The translations under genes and the position numbers were made by a program. A stretch of DNA of 33,034 nucleotides from a virus. This document shows positions 1 through 7,033 of the stretch, in pieces. The stretch lies in the IMG/VR virus record IMGVR_UViG_3300045988_115170, positions 1-33,034 of that record; one strand, given 5' to 3'. The notes below the pieces were generated by a model. That model was not told the origin of the DNA. It saw only the letters and a list, made by a program, of their open reading frames with translations, and searched no databases. Within the stretch, counting starts at the first letter, position 1. Every line of letters starts with the position of its first letter.

Positions 1-119
1 CATCGCTGGGCAAAAGTCAGTGTTGTCGCTGATATGGCAGTATTGGTGCGCTGAGATGCACGGCGACACCAACCCCTGCACACTGTTAAAGTTGCCCCAG
101 GGACTACCCCAAAAAAAAC
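1..119. repeat. Terminal direct repeat copy A, identical to 32916..33034 (circular-closure overlap)
   Basis: Read base by base, 1..119 equals 32916..33034. The repeat lies inside one continuous integrase reading frame. Confidence 0.95.
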
Positions 120-763
120 GGCGCGCTCCCACAGATCAAGAGGTGGCCGACGTCAAAGCGCACCCGGATGGGTTCGGCCTCTGCCCGGCAATAATGATGT
201 ATGCGGGCTTGCGCCTGGGTGAGGTCATGGCGCTCCAGAAAAAGGACCTTGCCGACGGCGAGATCAAAGTCTGTAAACAGGTGGTTTGGCACAACAACCA
301 CCCGGAAATTGAGGATTTAAAAACAGACAACGCCTATCGCACAGTGCCGATCCTCAAGCCCTTGCAGGACGCGCTCGGCACCCGCCTGGACGATCTGGCC
401 GACGACGCTTTTCTGTTCGGCGGCGCGCGTCCTATGACAAAAAGCCGTTATCAAAACGCTTGGCTGCAATACTGCACGGCCATCGGGCGCGTCCATAACA
501 GCGGCAAGCGCTACAAAACCGGCAAGACCTCAAAGACCGGCGAGGTCTTGTATAAGACGGTCATGGAGCCGGATTTCACCGCCCATCAGTTGCGGCACGA
601 GTTCGCCAGCACATTGGTCCAGTGCGGCATCAGTCCCCAGGTCGCCAAGGAATTGATGGGCCACGCCGACATCCTCACAACGCAGCGCTGGTATGCCGAG
701 GCAAAGACCAGCGCCGTCGATGAGGCTGCCGACATACTCAACAACTATTTCACCAATCAATAA
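2..763 (+). CDS. int: Tyrosine integrase, C-terminal catalytic part (continues 32566..33034 across the circular junction; whole protein about 370 aa)
   Basis: The frame is continuous with 32566..33034 through the 119-bp overlap. It carries HQLRHEFAS (HxxR) and GHADILTTQRWY (catalytic Tyr region), typical of phage tyrosine recombinases. Confidence 0.9.
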   Translation: MAGQKSVLSLIWQYWCAEMHGDTNPCTLLKLPQGLPQKKRRAPTDQEVADVKAHPDGFGLCPAIMMYAGLRLGEVMALQKKDLADGEIKVCKQVVWHNNHPEIEDLKTDNAYRTVPILKPLQDALGTRLDDLADDAFLFGGARPMTKSRYQNAWLQYCTAIGRVHNSGKRYKTGKTSKTGEVLYKTVMEPDFTAHQLRHEFASTLVQCGISPQVAKELMGHADILTTQRWYAEAKTSAVDEAADILNNYFTNQ

Positions 764-835
764 TTGTAGTTAATAATTATAGCACAGAACTGGAAGAATG
801 CAGAAAGCATCTGTAAAAGGAAGCGCTCAATAATA

Positions 836-844
836 GTCGTAATA
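836..844 (+). repeat. Candidate integrase arm-type site (GTCGTAATA), left of the att core
   Basis: Same GYCGTAWAA word and same orientation as the four copies at 1012..1060. Confidence 0.35.
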
Positions 845-887
845 TGTTCGCATGGGCTGGTTGTTTGGCGCTTTGGCGTTGTTTTTT

Positions 888-915
888 AAGAGTTCAAATC
901 TCTCTTACTCCGCCA
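888..915 (+). other. Candidate attP core: tRNA 3'-end-like segment (T-arm, acceptor 3' strand, discriminator G, CCA); not a complete tRNA
   Basis: AAGAG-TTCAAAT-CTCTC-TTACTCC-G-CCA fits T-stem, T-loop, T-stem, acceptor, discriminator and CCA. It resembles the 3' ends of Firmicutes tRNA-Ser genes (...TTCGAATCCCTCTTCCTCCGCCA). No matching 5' acceptor strand, D arm or anticodon arm lies upstream. It sits about 125 bp downstream of int. Confidence 0.6.
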
Positions 916-923
916 ACGTAAAA

Positions 924-965
924 ACCGCGATACAGCCTGCAAAGGTTGATGTATCGCGGTTTTTC
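924..965 (+). terminator. Rho-independent terminator immediately after the tRNA-like att core
   Basis: ACCGCGATAC (924..933) pairs with GTATCGCGGT (951..960) around a 17-nt loop, followed by TTTTT. Confidence 0.7.
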
Positions 966-1011
966 GTTTGTGTGATAGTGCAAAATAGTGTAAGATACTG
1001 CAAGAAAATGA

Positions 1012-1060
1012 GTCGTAAAATGGCCGTAAAACGGTCTAAGGTCGTAAAAAGGTCGTATAA
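1012..1060 (+). repeat. Four direct copies of GYCGTAWAA (1012, 1023, 1041, 1052): candidate integrase arm-type sites
   Basis: GTCGTAAAA, GCCGTAAAA, GTCGTAAAAA and GTCGTATAA lie in one orientation in noncoding DNA beside the att core. The integrase N-terminus looks like an arm-binding domain. Confidence 0.45.
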
Positions 1061-1065
1061 AATCC

Positions 1066-1082
1066 GTGTCCAGAATGGACAC
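1066..1082. repeat. Palindrome family copy 1: GTGTCCA-GAA-TGGACAC (perfect)
   Basis: Read directly. Intergenic, just beyond the lysis-operon terminator. Confidence 0.9.
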
Positions 1083-1085
1083 AAA

Positions 1086-1120
1086 AGCGGCGGGCCGCCC
1101 TCGATGGGATGCCCGCCGCT
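1086..1120 (-). terminator. Bidirectional rho-independent terminator closing the lysis operon
   Basis: AGCGGCGGGC (1086..1095) pairs with GCCCGCCGCT (1111..1120). T-runs follow on both strands. The holin stop codon is at 1124. Confidence 0.75.
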
Positions 1121-1123
1121 TTA

Positions 1124-1318
1124 TTATTTACCGCCGCCCTTGCCCTCGCTCTGGGTGCCGAAGTAGAATGCGATAACCATTGTCACAATGGTCATCACGG
1201 TGTCGGGTTGCAAGCCACCGCGCAGGGCCAGCACAGCAAAGACGGTCACGACGATCAGCGTCACGATGGTCTTTACTTTGATGAGCGCGGCCAGGTTCTT
1301 CCAAAAGTCCTGCATCAA
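1124..1318 (-). CDS. Holin (64 aa, two predicted TM helices, charged C-terminus)
   Basis: Small protein with two hydrophobic helices (IVTLIVVTVFAVLAL and VMTIVTMVIAFYF). Last gene of the lysis cassette, with overlapping start/stop with the upstream gene. Confidence 0.7.
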   Translation of the reverse strand: MMQDFWKNLAALIKVKTIVTLIVVTVFAVLALRGGLQPDTVMTIVTMVIAFYFGTQSEGKGGGK

Positions 1319-1593
1319 ATCTTCCTCTCCTTCTCCTCGTGCCGTTCCAGATCGTCAATGCGATGGTTCGCGACAGCAATTTTTTCTTCCATCACCGGTA
1401 TGCGCTGCGCAAAGTTGTTGTGCGTCCGCACCTCGCGTGTCAGCTCCTCGATCTTGGTGTCCGTTACGGCCTGCGCAACCTCCAGCTGGTGGGTGACCTT
1501 GTCGCTCAGGCTTTTGTTGTTGAAGTAGTTCGTGATCATCACGCCCACCAGGCCCAGCCCTGCCGTGATGAGCGCGATTATAATCTGCTCCAT
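1315..1593 (-). CDS. Holin-like lysis accessory membrane protein (N-terminal TM plus coiled coil; BhlA/XhlA-like architecture)
   Basis: Start MEQIIIALITAGLGLVGV is preceded by GAGGTGG. It has one N-terminal TM helix and a coiled-coil tail, and sits between the endolysin and the holin. Confidence 0.55.
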   Translation of the reverse strand: MEQIIIALITAGLGLVGVMITNYFNNKSLSDKVTHQLEVAQAVTDTKIEELTREVRTHNNFAQRIPVMEEKIAVANHRIDDLERHEEKERKI

Positions 1594-1603
1594 TGGCACC
1601 ACC

Positions 1604-2269
1604 TCAGACCCATTCGCTTTTATACAGCCCGGCATCGGTCAGGCCGCGGCTCTGGCACACGGCAAAGACGGCGTCTGCATCGCCCTGCGAGACCGGCCCT
1701 ACCGTGATGACCTGCAGCTTGCCGGTGCCGTTCTGGGCCGTCTGCGCGCCGCTGGCGGCCTGCTCGGGCTGCTGTACAGCGTGCTCGCCGGGGCGGTATG
1801 TAAACACCTGCCCGCTCGCCGTGGTGAAGTCGTTGTCCAGCCACACCAGCGGGTTGGTGCGCTTGCCGTTCAGGATTACTTCAAAGTGCAAATGCGCCCC
1901 GAACACATTGCCGGTCACGCCGCTGTAGCCGATGATCTCGCCCTCTTTGACCCTCTGGCCGTACTTGACGCAATAGCTGGACAGGTGAGCGTACCGTGTC
2001 TGCAAGGTCTTGCTTTTGTAGTCGGCGTGTCTGATACGCACCATGTTGCCATAGCTCTGCATACCCGTCCGCGTGCGTCCGTCCCAGTCCTGGGTCTGAT
2101 CCACGGTGCCGTCCTCGGCGGCATAGACCGGGCGGATATACATGTTGTCAATCTGGGTGCGCAGGTCAACGGCCTGGTGCAAACTGCCGTCATTGTAATA
2201 CCACCCTTGCGTCAGCACATGAATGTCCAGCGGCCAGTGCAGCAGGACTTCTCCATTAGATAGTCTCAT
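1604..2269 (-). CDS. Endolysin, M23 (LytM-type) metallopeptidase with a C-terminal extra domain
   Basis: HQAVD (HxxxD) and HLHFEV (HxH) motifs of peptidase M23. Located in the lysis cassette. Confidence 0.8.
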   Translation of the reverse strand: MRLSNGEVLLHWPLDIHVLTQGWYYNDGSLHQAVDLRTQIDNMYIRPVYAAEDGTVDQTQDWDGRTRTGMQSYGNMVRIRHADYKSKTLQTRYAHLSSYCVKYGQRVKEGEIIGYSGVTGNVFGAHLHFEVILNGKRTNPLVWLDNDFTTASGQVFTYRPGEHAVQQPEQAASGAQTAQNGTGKLQVITVGPVSQGDADAVFAVCQSRGLTDAGLYKSEWV

Positions 2270-2400
2270 TGTATTACCTCATCTGTATCCATCACCAGCG
2301 CCTCATACTCATCCAGCAGGTCTCCCGCGCCCGGTATGGCCTCGCGGTAGTCCCACAGTACAAGCATCACCCGCGCCAGTAAATCCGCTTCCTCGCTCAT
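2266..2400 (-). CDS. Small hypothetical protein (44 aa), translationally coupled on both sides
   Basis: ATGA start/stop overlaps with both the upstream gene (2397..2822) and the endolysin. Found by manual translation; it is below the ORF-track size cutoff. Confidence 0.4.
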   Translation of the reverse strand: MSEEADLLARVMLVLWDYREAIPGAGDLLDEYEALVMDTDEVIQ

Positions 2401-2822
2401 TCTTCCACCGGCGGCGTGGGCCACTGCACCGCGTAGGGGAAGCCAGCCTGCTCGGGCACGTCCCGCAGCGCCTGGCGGTAGGCCTTCCAGTCGGCCTTCA
2501 CCGTCTTGGCATCGCCCAGCACAGTCCAGTCCGTGGCGGCGATCAGCTTGTCACGCTCAGCGCGCACGGCAGCCGCAGCGGCGTCATGGTCGGCCTGTTT
2601 AACCAGGGCGGCCCAGGCATCAACGTCAACCTGCCCATCGGGCACCTGTGTGACCGTCTCGTATGTCGTGTAGCTGTACCCGTGCCAGGGCGTGTCCATG
2701 TTGGACACAGCCTCGCGGGTGACCTCCTGCTCATCCTCGTAGACGCGCACCAGCGTCAGGCCGTTGGGCAGCGGCTCGCACTTCAGCCGGGCGTGCTGCT
2801 CGTTGCACTCACATTTAACCAT
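2397..2822 (-). CDS. Tail-fibre assembly chaperone-like protein
   Basis: The C-terminal ...RDKLIAATDWTVLGDA...WKAYRQALRDVPEQAGFPYAVQWPTPP resembles the conserved C-terminal motif of phage tail-fibre assembly proteins. Its start overlaps the RT stop by 8 nt. Confidence 0.55.
   Translation of the reverse strand: MVKCECNEQHARLKCEPLPNGLTLVRVYEDEQEVTREAVSNMDTPWHGYSYTTYETVTQVPDGQVDVDAWAALVKQADHDAAAAAVRAERDKLIAATDWTVLGDAKTVKADWKAYRQALRDVPEQAGFPYAVQWPTPPVEE
2692..2708. repeat. Palindrome family copy 2: GTGTCCA-TGT-TGGACAC (perfect), inside a CDS
   Basis: Read directly. It encodes VSNMDT in the chaperone-like gene. Confidence 0.9.
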
Positions 2823-3882
2823 TTTGTACCACCTTTCTGATTTTTCGGTAGCTCACAACACCGTCCACGTACTTCACGCGGAATCGGTGCTCGTTTGCGT
2901 GTTTCAGCTGGCCGATCCGGCACGCGGCCTGCCGGGCCTGGCGCTGCGTCGGCACGCCATGTGGCCGGGCCCTGATGTCCAGACACAGCCGGATCAGCCG
3001 CCGCGTCGTGCGCTTCCTGTAACTCACATGGTCGCAGTAGATCACAAACCCCAGCCCATCCAGTGCGCGCCCGCGGTGCCTGCCGTCCCGGTCCACGTAG
3101 TCGGTGCGGTAGACCTGCCAACACTGGTTGCAGGTGTAGTCGGCAGCCGCCAGCCACTCCATTGCCGCCTGCAGGGCGCGGTGCAGCTTGCGCTTATTCG
3201 GCCCATACAGGTGGATATTGTCCACATAGCGGTAATAGTGCGCCACGCCGTCCAGCCCGCGCACATAGCGGTCAAACGCCGTCATAGCAAGATTCTGAAA
3301 CCAGTGCGACGTCACATACCCAATCGGCAGCCCGTCGCTGAAGCTGTCCACAACAGCGTCAGCCAGCCGCAGCCAGTATTTATCCTTTATCAGCTGCCGG
3401 TAGCCGTACTCTATAAAATCATGGTCGCTCTCCGGGAAGCAATGGTGTATGTCCAGCTCTGCGCCGTACTTCATCCCGGAGCGGTCTGTTTTCATCCACC
3501 GCGCAACCTGCTTCGCGGCCTTGTGTGGCCCGCGTCCCTTGATGCCCGCTATGCAGTAGGGGTCAAGTTTGGGCACAACTGCGTCATAGATTGCCTCGAT
3601 CAATACCCAGTGCATGACCCCGTCCGGCCAGTACGGCACATAGTCGATGTCCCGCAGCTTGCCGTTGCTCGGCTCATAGTGCCGGGTGTGTATCGGCTCG
3701 CTGGGCTTCCAGCCGCCGTACCGTACCCAGTGCTGCACCTTGTCAATGCACGCCTCAATGTGCGTCAGGGCGGGCAGCGTGGTAGGGTCTTGCATCCTCT
3801 TTTTCGCATGGTCTACCATACACCTCCGTATAAATTCCCGGTCTGTCATGACCGGCAGTAAATTTCCAATGCGTTTAGGCAT
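2815..3882 (-). CDS. DGR-type reverse transcriptase (355 aa)
   Basis: Collinear with the Bordetella phage Brt architecture: KRIGNL N-terminus, YEPSNGKLRDI, AELDIHHCFPESD (motif A), LPIGYVTSHWFQN (DGR IGxxxSQ-type motif, here SH), YYRYVDNIHLYG (motif C, here YVDN) and LGFVIY. The TR lies directly upstream. The ORF-track extension to 4056 is read-through of the TR and spacer. Confidence 0.85.
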   Translation of the reverse strand: MPKRIGNLLPVMTDREFIRRCMVDHAKKRMQDPTTLPALTHIEACIDKVQHWVRYGGWKPSEPIHTRHYEPSNGKLRDIDYVPYWPDGVMHWVLIEAIYDAVVPKLDPYCIAGIKGRGPHKAAKQVARWMKTDRSGMKYGAELDIHHCFPESDHDFIEYGYRQLIKDKYWLRLADAVVDSFSDGLPIGYVTSHWFQNLAMTAFDRYVRGLDGVAHYYRYVDNIHLYGPNKRKLHRALQAAMEWLAAADYTCNQCWQVYRTDYVDRDGRHRGRALDGLGFVIYCDHVSYRKRTTRRLIRLCLDIRARPHGVPTQRQARQAACRIGQLKHANEHRFRVKYVDGVVSYRKIRKVVQNG

Positions 3883-4024
3883 TTTATAATCTTTCTTTGG
3901 CCTACACACGTTTCGTCCGCTGTCGCGTCTACTCGGCGTGCCGGATGGGCCAATTTTCAGCCAGGGCTGAGGCATCTCGATCTCTGTGTACAGGTCGCCT
4001 ACGGCCCAAAGGGCCGCAGCCAAA
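3883..4024 (-). ncRNA. TR-to-RT spacer (about 142 nt), probable part of the DGR template RNA
   Basis: Noncoding stretch between the TR end and the RT start. It contains the GC hairpin CGGCCC-AAA-GGGCCG at 4002..4016. The role is inferred from the Bordetella DGR, where the TR-brt spacer is needed for priming. Confidence 0.5.
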
Positions 4025-4141
4025 GAAAGGTCCGCCGAACTGTTCCACCAGAGCAACGACGCGTCGTTCCTGAGATTGACGTTGAACGCGCCCGCGTTGT
4101 CACCGTTGTTGGAGTTCGCACCGCGCAGAACGATACGGGAA
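4025..4141 (-). repeat. DGR template repeat (TR), 117 bp
   Basis: Ungapped alignment to 4232..4348 (offset 207) gives 13 mismatches. Ten of them are at coding-strand adenines of this copy. It contains 7 AAC codons in the VR frame. Confidence 0.9.
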
Positions 4142-4188
4142 TGATGAGATCGTTAGCCTGTCCCGGATAATGTCAATGTCGTACAGTT

Positions 4189-4210
4189 GCGGGGGCCTTG
4201 CTGCCCCCGC
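4189..4210 (-). promoter_or_regulatory. GC-rich hairpin just 3' of the VR (DGR target-recognition hairpin and probable terminator)
   Basis: GCGGGGGC-CTTGCT-GCCCCCGC, an 8-bp stem starting 9 nt past the target-gene stop codon. This matches the position of the hairpin/cruciform required downstream of the VR in the Bordetella phage DGR. Confidence 0.7.
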
Positions 4211-4218
4211 GCCCCCGC

Positions 4219-5790
4219 TTAACCGGGGATGGAAAGGTCCGCCGAACTGTACCACCAGAGCAACGACGCGTCGCTCCCGAGATTGACGTAGAACGCGCCC
4301 GCATCGCCACCGCTGCCGGAGTACGCACCGCGCCGAACGATCCGGGAACCGCTCTTGTTAATCCAGAAATAGTCTGCAAGATAGGTTCCGCTGCTTCCGC
4401 CGACTTCCTTTGTGATCTGCAGCCACGGGAACCGCTCATCGGCCTGCAGGTTCTTGGCCCAGCCCTCGTTAGGCAGCGTGAGGGAATCCAGCTTCGTGTA
4501 GTTCTCAACGCTCGACCAGTTGTAGTTGGTGTCGTTGCAGATGTAGGGCACGCCGTCAACGATTTTCCAGTCGCACTCAAAGCGCCACTGGTTGCCATAG
4601 AGCGGGTTCTCGCAGCCGTAGAACACAAAGCTGTGCTTGCCGTCCGTATTGCTCACAGGGCTGCCGCAGGTGGAGATGACGCTGTTGGCCGTGCCAGTGC
4701 TCTGCATGATGCGCCAGACCTTGTGGTCGGTGGTCGTGGTCACCGCGTCGCCGGAGAAGCTGGCCTTGACGTTGGCAGTGTCGCCCTCGATGGCTTCGAT
4801 GGCCGTCACAATGCGCTGGCTCGCAACGCTCGCATTCTCGTCGCCGGTACCGATGGAGATGACGTTGCCGACCTCCAGCACGCCCTTGGCAACGGTGACA
4901 GCCGCCTCATCGGCACGCGCGCCGGTCACGGCCTGGTTGGTGGCGTACAGGTCGGTGACGCCGCGCATCTTGGCCTGGACGTTCCGCGTGCCGTACACCA
5001 CGATCATCAGGTAGGCCAGCACCTCAAAGTCGGCACTTGTATTGATGCAGTAGGTCTCGCCCCACAGCCGCGCCGCGGCCAGAAACTGCGAGATCGTCTT
5101 GCTGCCGGTGCTGACAACGCCCGCAATACTGTGCAGCTTGCCGTCGCTGCCGATGGAGCCAGGGAACGCGGGCAGGTAGCACTTCTGTTTGAGGGAGCCG
5201 TCCGCATTGCGGAACTTCCGCGGTGCGCGGAATCCGGGCATCGGCACCGCCGACACGCGCGGATTGACATCCAGCATGCCGGAGACATAGAAGAGCGGCA
5301 CCTCAACCAGCACCTCGCCGTTCGTGCCATCCTCAATGTAGCCGGGCTGGCCCTTGTAGGCGTTGACCGTGACCGTGCCGTCCGCGTTCAGCGTGCAGCA
5401 GCAGCGCCGCATACCCGCCCAAGGATAGACGCCGTCAAAGTCGTTTTGTCCTGCGCTGGTATCGGTGCCGGGGGTAAACACAAACTCCGCAGCTGCCCCC
5501 GTCCGCGTGCCCGCGCTGGTACTGCCGGAGAAGTCTACACCGTAGAATGTAGCACCGACAGCCGAGGCCGCAGCCTTGGCAGATGCGGCGGCAGCAGTAG
5601 CGCTCTGGCCCGCCTGCGTAGCACTGGCCTGGGCGGCAGCCTTGGCCGCGTTCGCCTCGGCCAGGTTGTTGCCCGCGTTCGCCAGCAGCGTGGCGAACTC
5701 CTCACGGGTGCCGGTGTAGCCGCGCGCCTTGGCATCGGCGTAGGCGGTTACTGCGCCCAGATCGGTGGTAAAAACAGAACTATCAGCCAT
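4219..5790 (-). CDS. DGR target: tail fibre / receptor-binding protein with a C-terminal variable (C-type-lectin-like) region
   Basis: Start MADSSVF is preceded by GGAGGT. It follows the tail-fibre gene and holds the VR at its extreme C-terminus. The pattern G..NAG.F..NL resembles Mtd-type VR regions. Confidence 0.8.
   Translation of the reverse strand: MADSSVFTTDLGAVTAYADAKARGYTGTREEFATLLANAGNNLAEANAAKAAAQASATQAGQSATAAAASAKAAASAVGATFYGVDFSGSTSAGTRTGAAAEFVFTPGTDTSAGQNDFDGVYPWAGMRRCCCTLNADGTVTVNAYKGQPGYIEDGTNGEVLVEVPLFYVSGMLDVNPRVSAVPMPGFRAPRKFRNADGSLKQKCYLPAFPGSIGSDGKLHSIAGVVSTGSKTISQFLAAARLWGETYCINTSADFEVLAYLMIVVYGTRNVQAKMRGVTDLYATNQAVTGARADEAAVTVAKGVLEVGNVISIGTGDENASVASQRIVTAIEAIEGDTANVKASFSGDAVTTTTDHKVWRIMQSTGTANSVISTCGSPVSNTDGKHSFVFYGCENPLYGNQWRFECDWKIVDGVPYICNDTNYNWSSVENYTKLDSLTLPNEGWAKNLQADERFPWLQITKEVGGSSGTYLADYFWINKSGSRIVRRGAYSGSGGDAGAFYVNLGSDASLLWWYSSADLSIPG
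4232..4348 (-). repeat. DGR variable repeat (VR), 117 bp, encoding the C-terminal residues of the target protein
   Basis: See the TR entry. The VR reads ...RGAYSGSGGDAGAFYVNLGSDASLLWWYSSADLS and the TR reads ...RGANSNNGDNAGAFNVNLRNDASLLWWNSSADLS. Confidence 0.9.
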
Positions 5791-7027
5791 GGATCTGTAC
5801 CTCCAAATTCGTGTCATTGACAATAGCAAAATCAATCTTATCTTTCAGATTGGTCGTGCGCGTGTACATCAGATGCCCCGTGTCTTGGTCAACGCCCATC
5901 TGCATATAGCCGTTGCTCAGCGCGGCCTGCCGCGCCAGCTCCACGTTGGCGGTGACATCGACCTGCTTCTCGGTCACATCCTGCTGGCGGGCCTTGACAT
6001 CCTCCTGGATGCCCTGCATCTCGGTCAGCTTCTCGGCCACGCCCTCGTTGATGACCTTTGTCGCCGCATCGCCGGCGGTTTTGGCGGCATCCGCAGCGCT
6101 TTTTGCACTCGCAGATGCGCTCGCGCTGGCGCTCTCGGCAGCGGCCCGCGCGCTTTCCGCTGCGCTTGCCTTTTCTGTGGCCGTACCGGCAGACTGCCCC
6201 GCATTCGTTGCGGATGCAGCAGCCGCAGCAGCGCTTTCCTTTGCCGCCGTGGCAGACCCGGCAGCGGCACCGGCCTCCTGTGTGGCCTTGGCGGCGGCTT
6301 CGCCAATGCTGTTGGCATCCTTGGCGGCAGCCTCAGCAGAGGTCGCTGCTCTCATCTCAGACTGCGATGCCGCGTTCTGCGACTTCCCGGCAGCGGTTGC
6401 CGCAGCCGCAGCGCTGGTAGCGGCATTGCCCGCCGCATGCGCAGCCTCCACAGCAGCGTTCTTGGCCGCGTTGGCGGTATCTGCGCTGGCCGCAGCCGCC
6501 GCAGCGCTGGCAGCTGCACCGCCCGCTTCCTCGCCCGCCTTGATGGCGGCATCCTCAGCGGCCCGGTGCGCGTTTTCCGCGGCATCCTTGGCGGCCTGCG
6601 CCACCCGTATCGCGTTGTTGGAGTTCTCCAAGATCTGCTGCACCACATCCGGCGTAGGTGTGCCCGGATTATCGCCGTCGATGTCCGCGTGATCCCGGAT
6701 GGAGTAGGGGAGATCGACTGAGATACGCTGCACGCCGTCCGCAAGGCCTAAAAACACGATCTTGCCGCGGCCAGCCTTGTCTGCCGTCGCCTCCGCAGGG
6801 ACCTCCAGCACGCCGTCCGCGCCAACCGTCTTCTTGGTCGCAGACCCACCGGGCGCGTGGAACACAGCCAAAGTCTCCAGACCGCTCCATCCATCGCCCT
6901 GGACGATGCGGATATTCTCGATGCCGTAGCTGTCCTTGGTTCCCAGCTCAATGCTGGGCGTGACCGAGTAACGGTTGTCAACGACAACGTCATAATTCAT
7001 CAACACAATGGTTTTTATAGTGGCCAC
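5783..7027 (-). CDS. Tail fibre / baseplate upper protein-like (BppU_N-like N-terminus followed by a long Ala-rich coiled coil)
   Basis: Position in the tail-tip module. It has an N-terminal beta-rich domain and then about 200 aa of Ala/Ser/Glu-rich helical repeat. Confidence 0.55.
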   Translation of the reverse strand: MATIKTIVLMNYDVVVDNRYSVTPSIELGTKDSYGIENIRIVQGDGWSGLETLAVFHAPGGSATKKTVGADGVLEVPAEATADKAGRGKIVFLGLADGVQRISVDLPYSIRDHADIDGDNPGTPTPDVVQQILENSNNAIRVAQAAKDAAENAHRAAEDAAIKAGEEAGGAAASAAAAAASADTANAAKNAAVEAAHAAGNAATSAAAAATAAGKSQNAASQSEMRAATSAEAAAKDANSIGEAAAKATQEAGAAAGSATAAKESAAAAAASATNAGQSAGTATEKASAAESARAAAESASASASASAKSAADAAKTAGDAATKVINEGVAEKLTEMQGIQEDVKARQQDVTEKQVDVTANVELARQAALSNGYMQMGVDQDTGHLMYTRTTNLKDKIDFAIVNDTNLEVQIHG

Positions 7028-7033
7028 CTCCTA

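Noticed and set aside
1-119. Terminal repeats as attL/attR or phage direct terminal repeats
   Set aside because: The repeat is internal to the integrase reading frame and preserves it exactly. This fits a circular-assembly overlap rather than biological ends.
888-915. Possible tRNA gene
   Set aside because: Only the T-arm, acceptor 3' strand and CCA are present. No complementary 5' acceptor strand, D arm or anticodon arm lies upstream. It is interpreted as the att core instead.
852-1528. Plus-strand ORFs 852..1166, 1109..1528 and 1188..1496
   Set aside because: They run through the att core, two terminators and the antisense strand of the holin genes. They have no RBS and a low-complexity composition.
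2266-2822. Candidate Avd (DGR accessory) among the small ORFs flanking the RT (44-aa ORF and the 141-aa protein); also the helical 107-aa protein at 27699..28022
   Set aside because: The 141-aa protein carries a tail-fibre-assembly C-terminal motif. The 44-aa ORF is too short. The 107-aa helical protein is 24 kb away in the early operon. None resembles the basic four-helix Avd pattern by eye, and a profile search is still needed.
3883-4056. N-terminal extension of the RT ORF (MLWWNSSADLS...), which would make a 413-aa protein
   Set aside because: The extension is the TR and spacer read in frame, starting on a non-ATG codon. RT homology begins at MPKRIGNL (3882). The TR-like peptide simply mirrors the VR.
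4198-5820. 540-aa plus-strand ORF, plus similar long plus-strand ORFs (1532..2263, 2764..3861, 5765..6721, 5913..6692, 8488..9495, 10743..11579, 11721..12530, 17009..18088, 23095..24213, 24223..25542, 26539..27288, 29040..29708, 29506..30426)
   Set aside because: These are shadow ORFs antisense to minus-strand genes with clear family signatures. They are Arg/Ala/Gly/Pro/His-rich, have no Shine-Dalgarno sites, and are the expected artefact of GC-rich DNA.
5990-6620. Ala-rich repetitive stretch of the tail-fibre gene as a possible tandem DNA repeat or collagen-like region
   Set aside because: There is no exact DNA periodicity and no Gly-X-Y pattern. It is a low-complexity Ala/Ser/Glu coiled-coil region, which also explains the many antisense ORFs.
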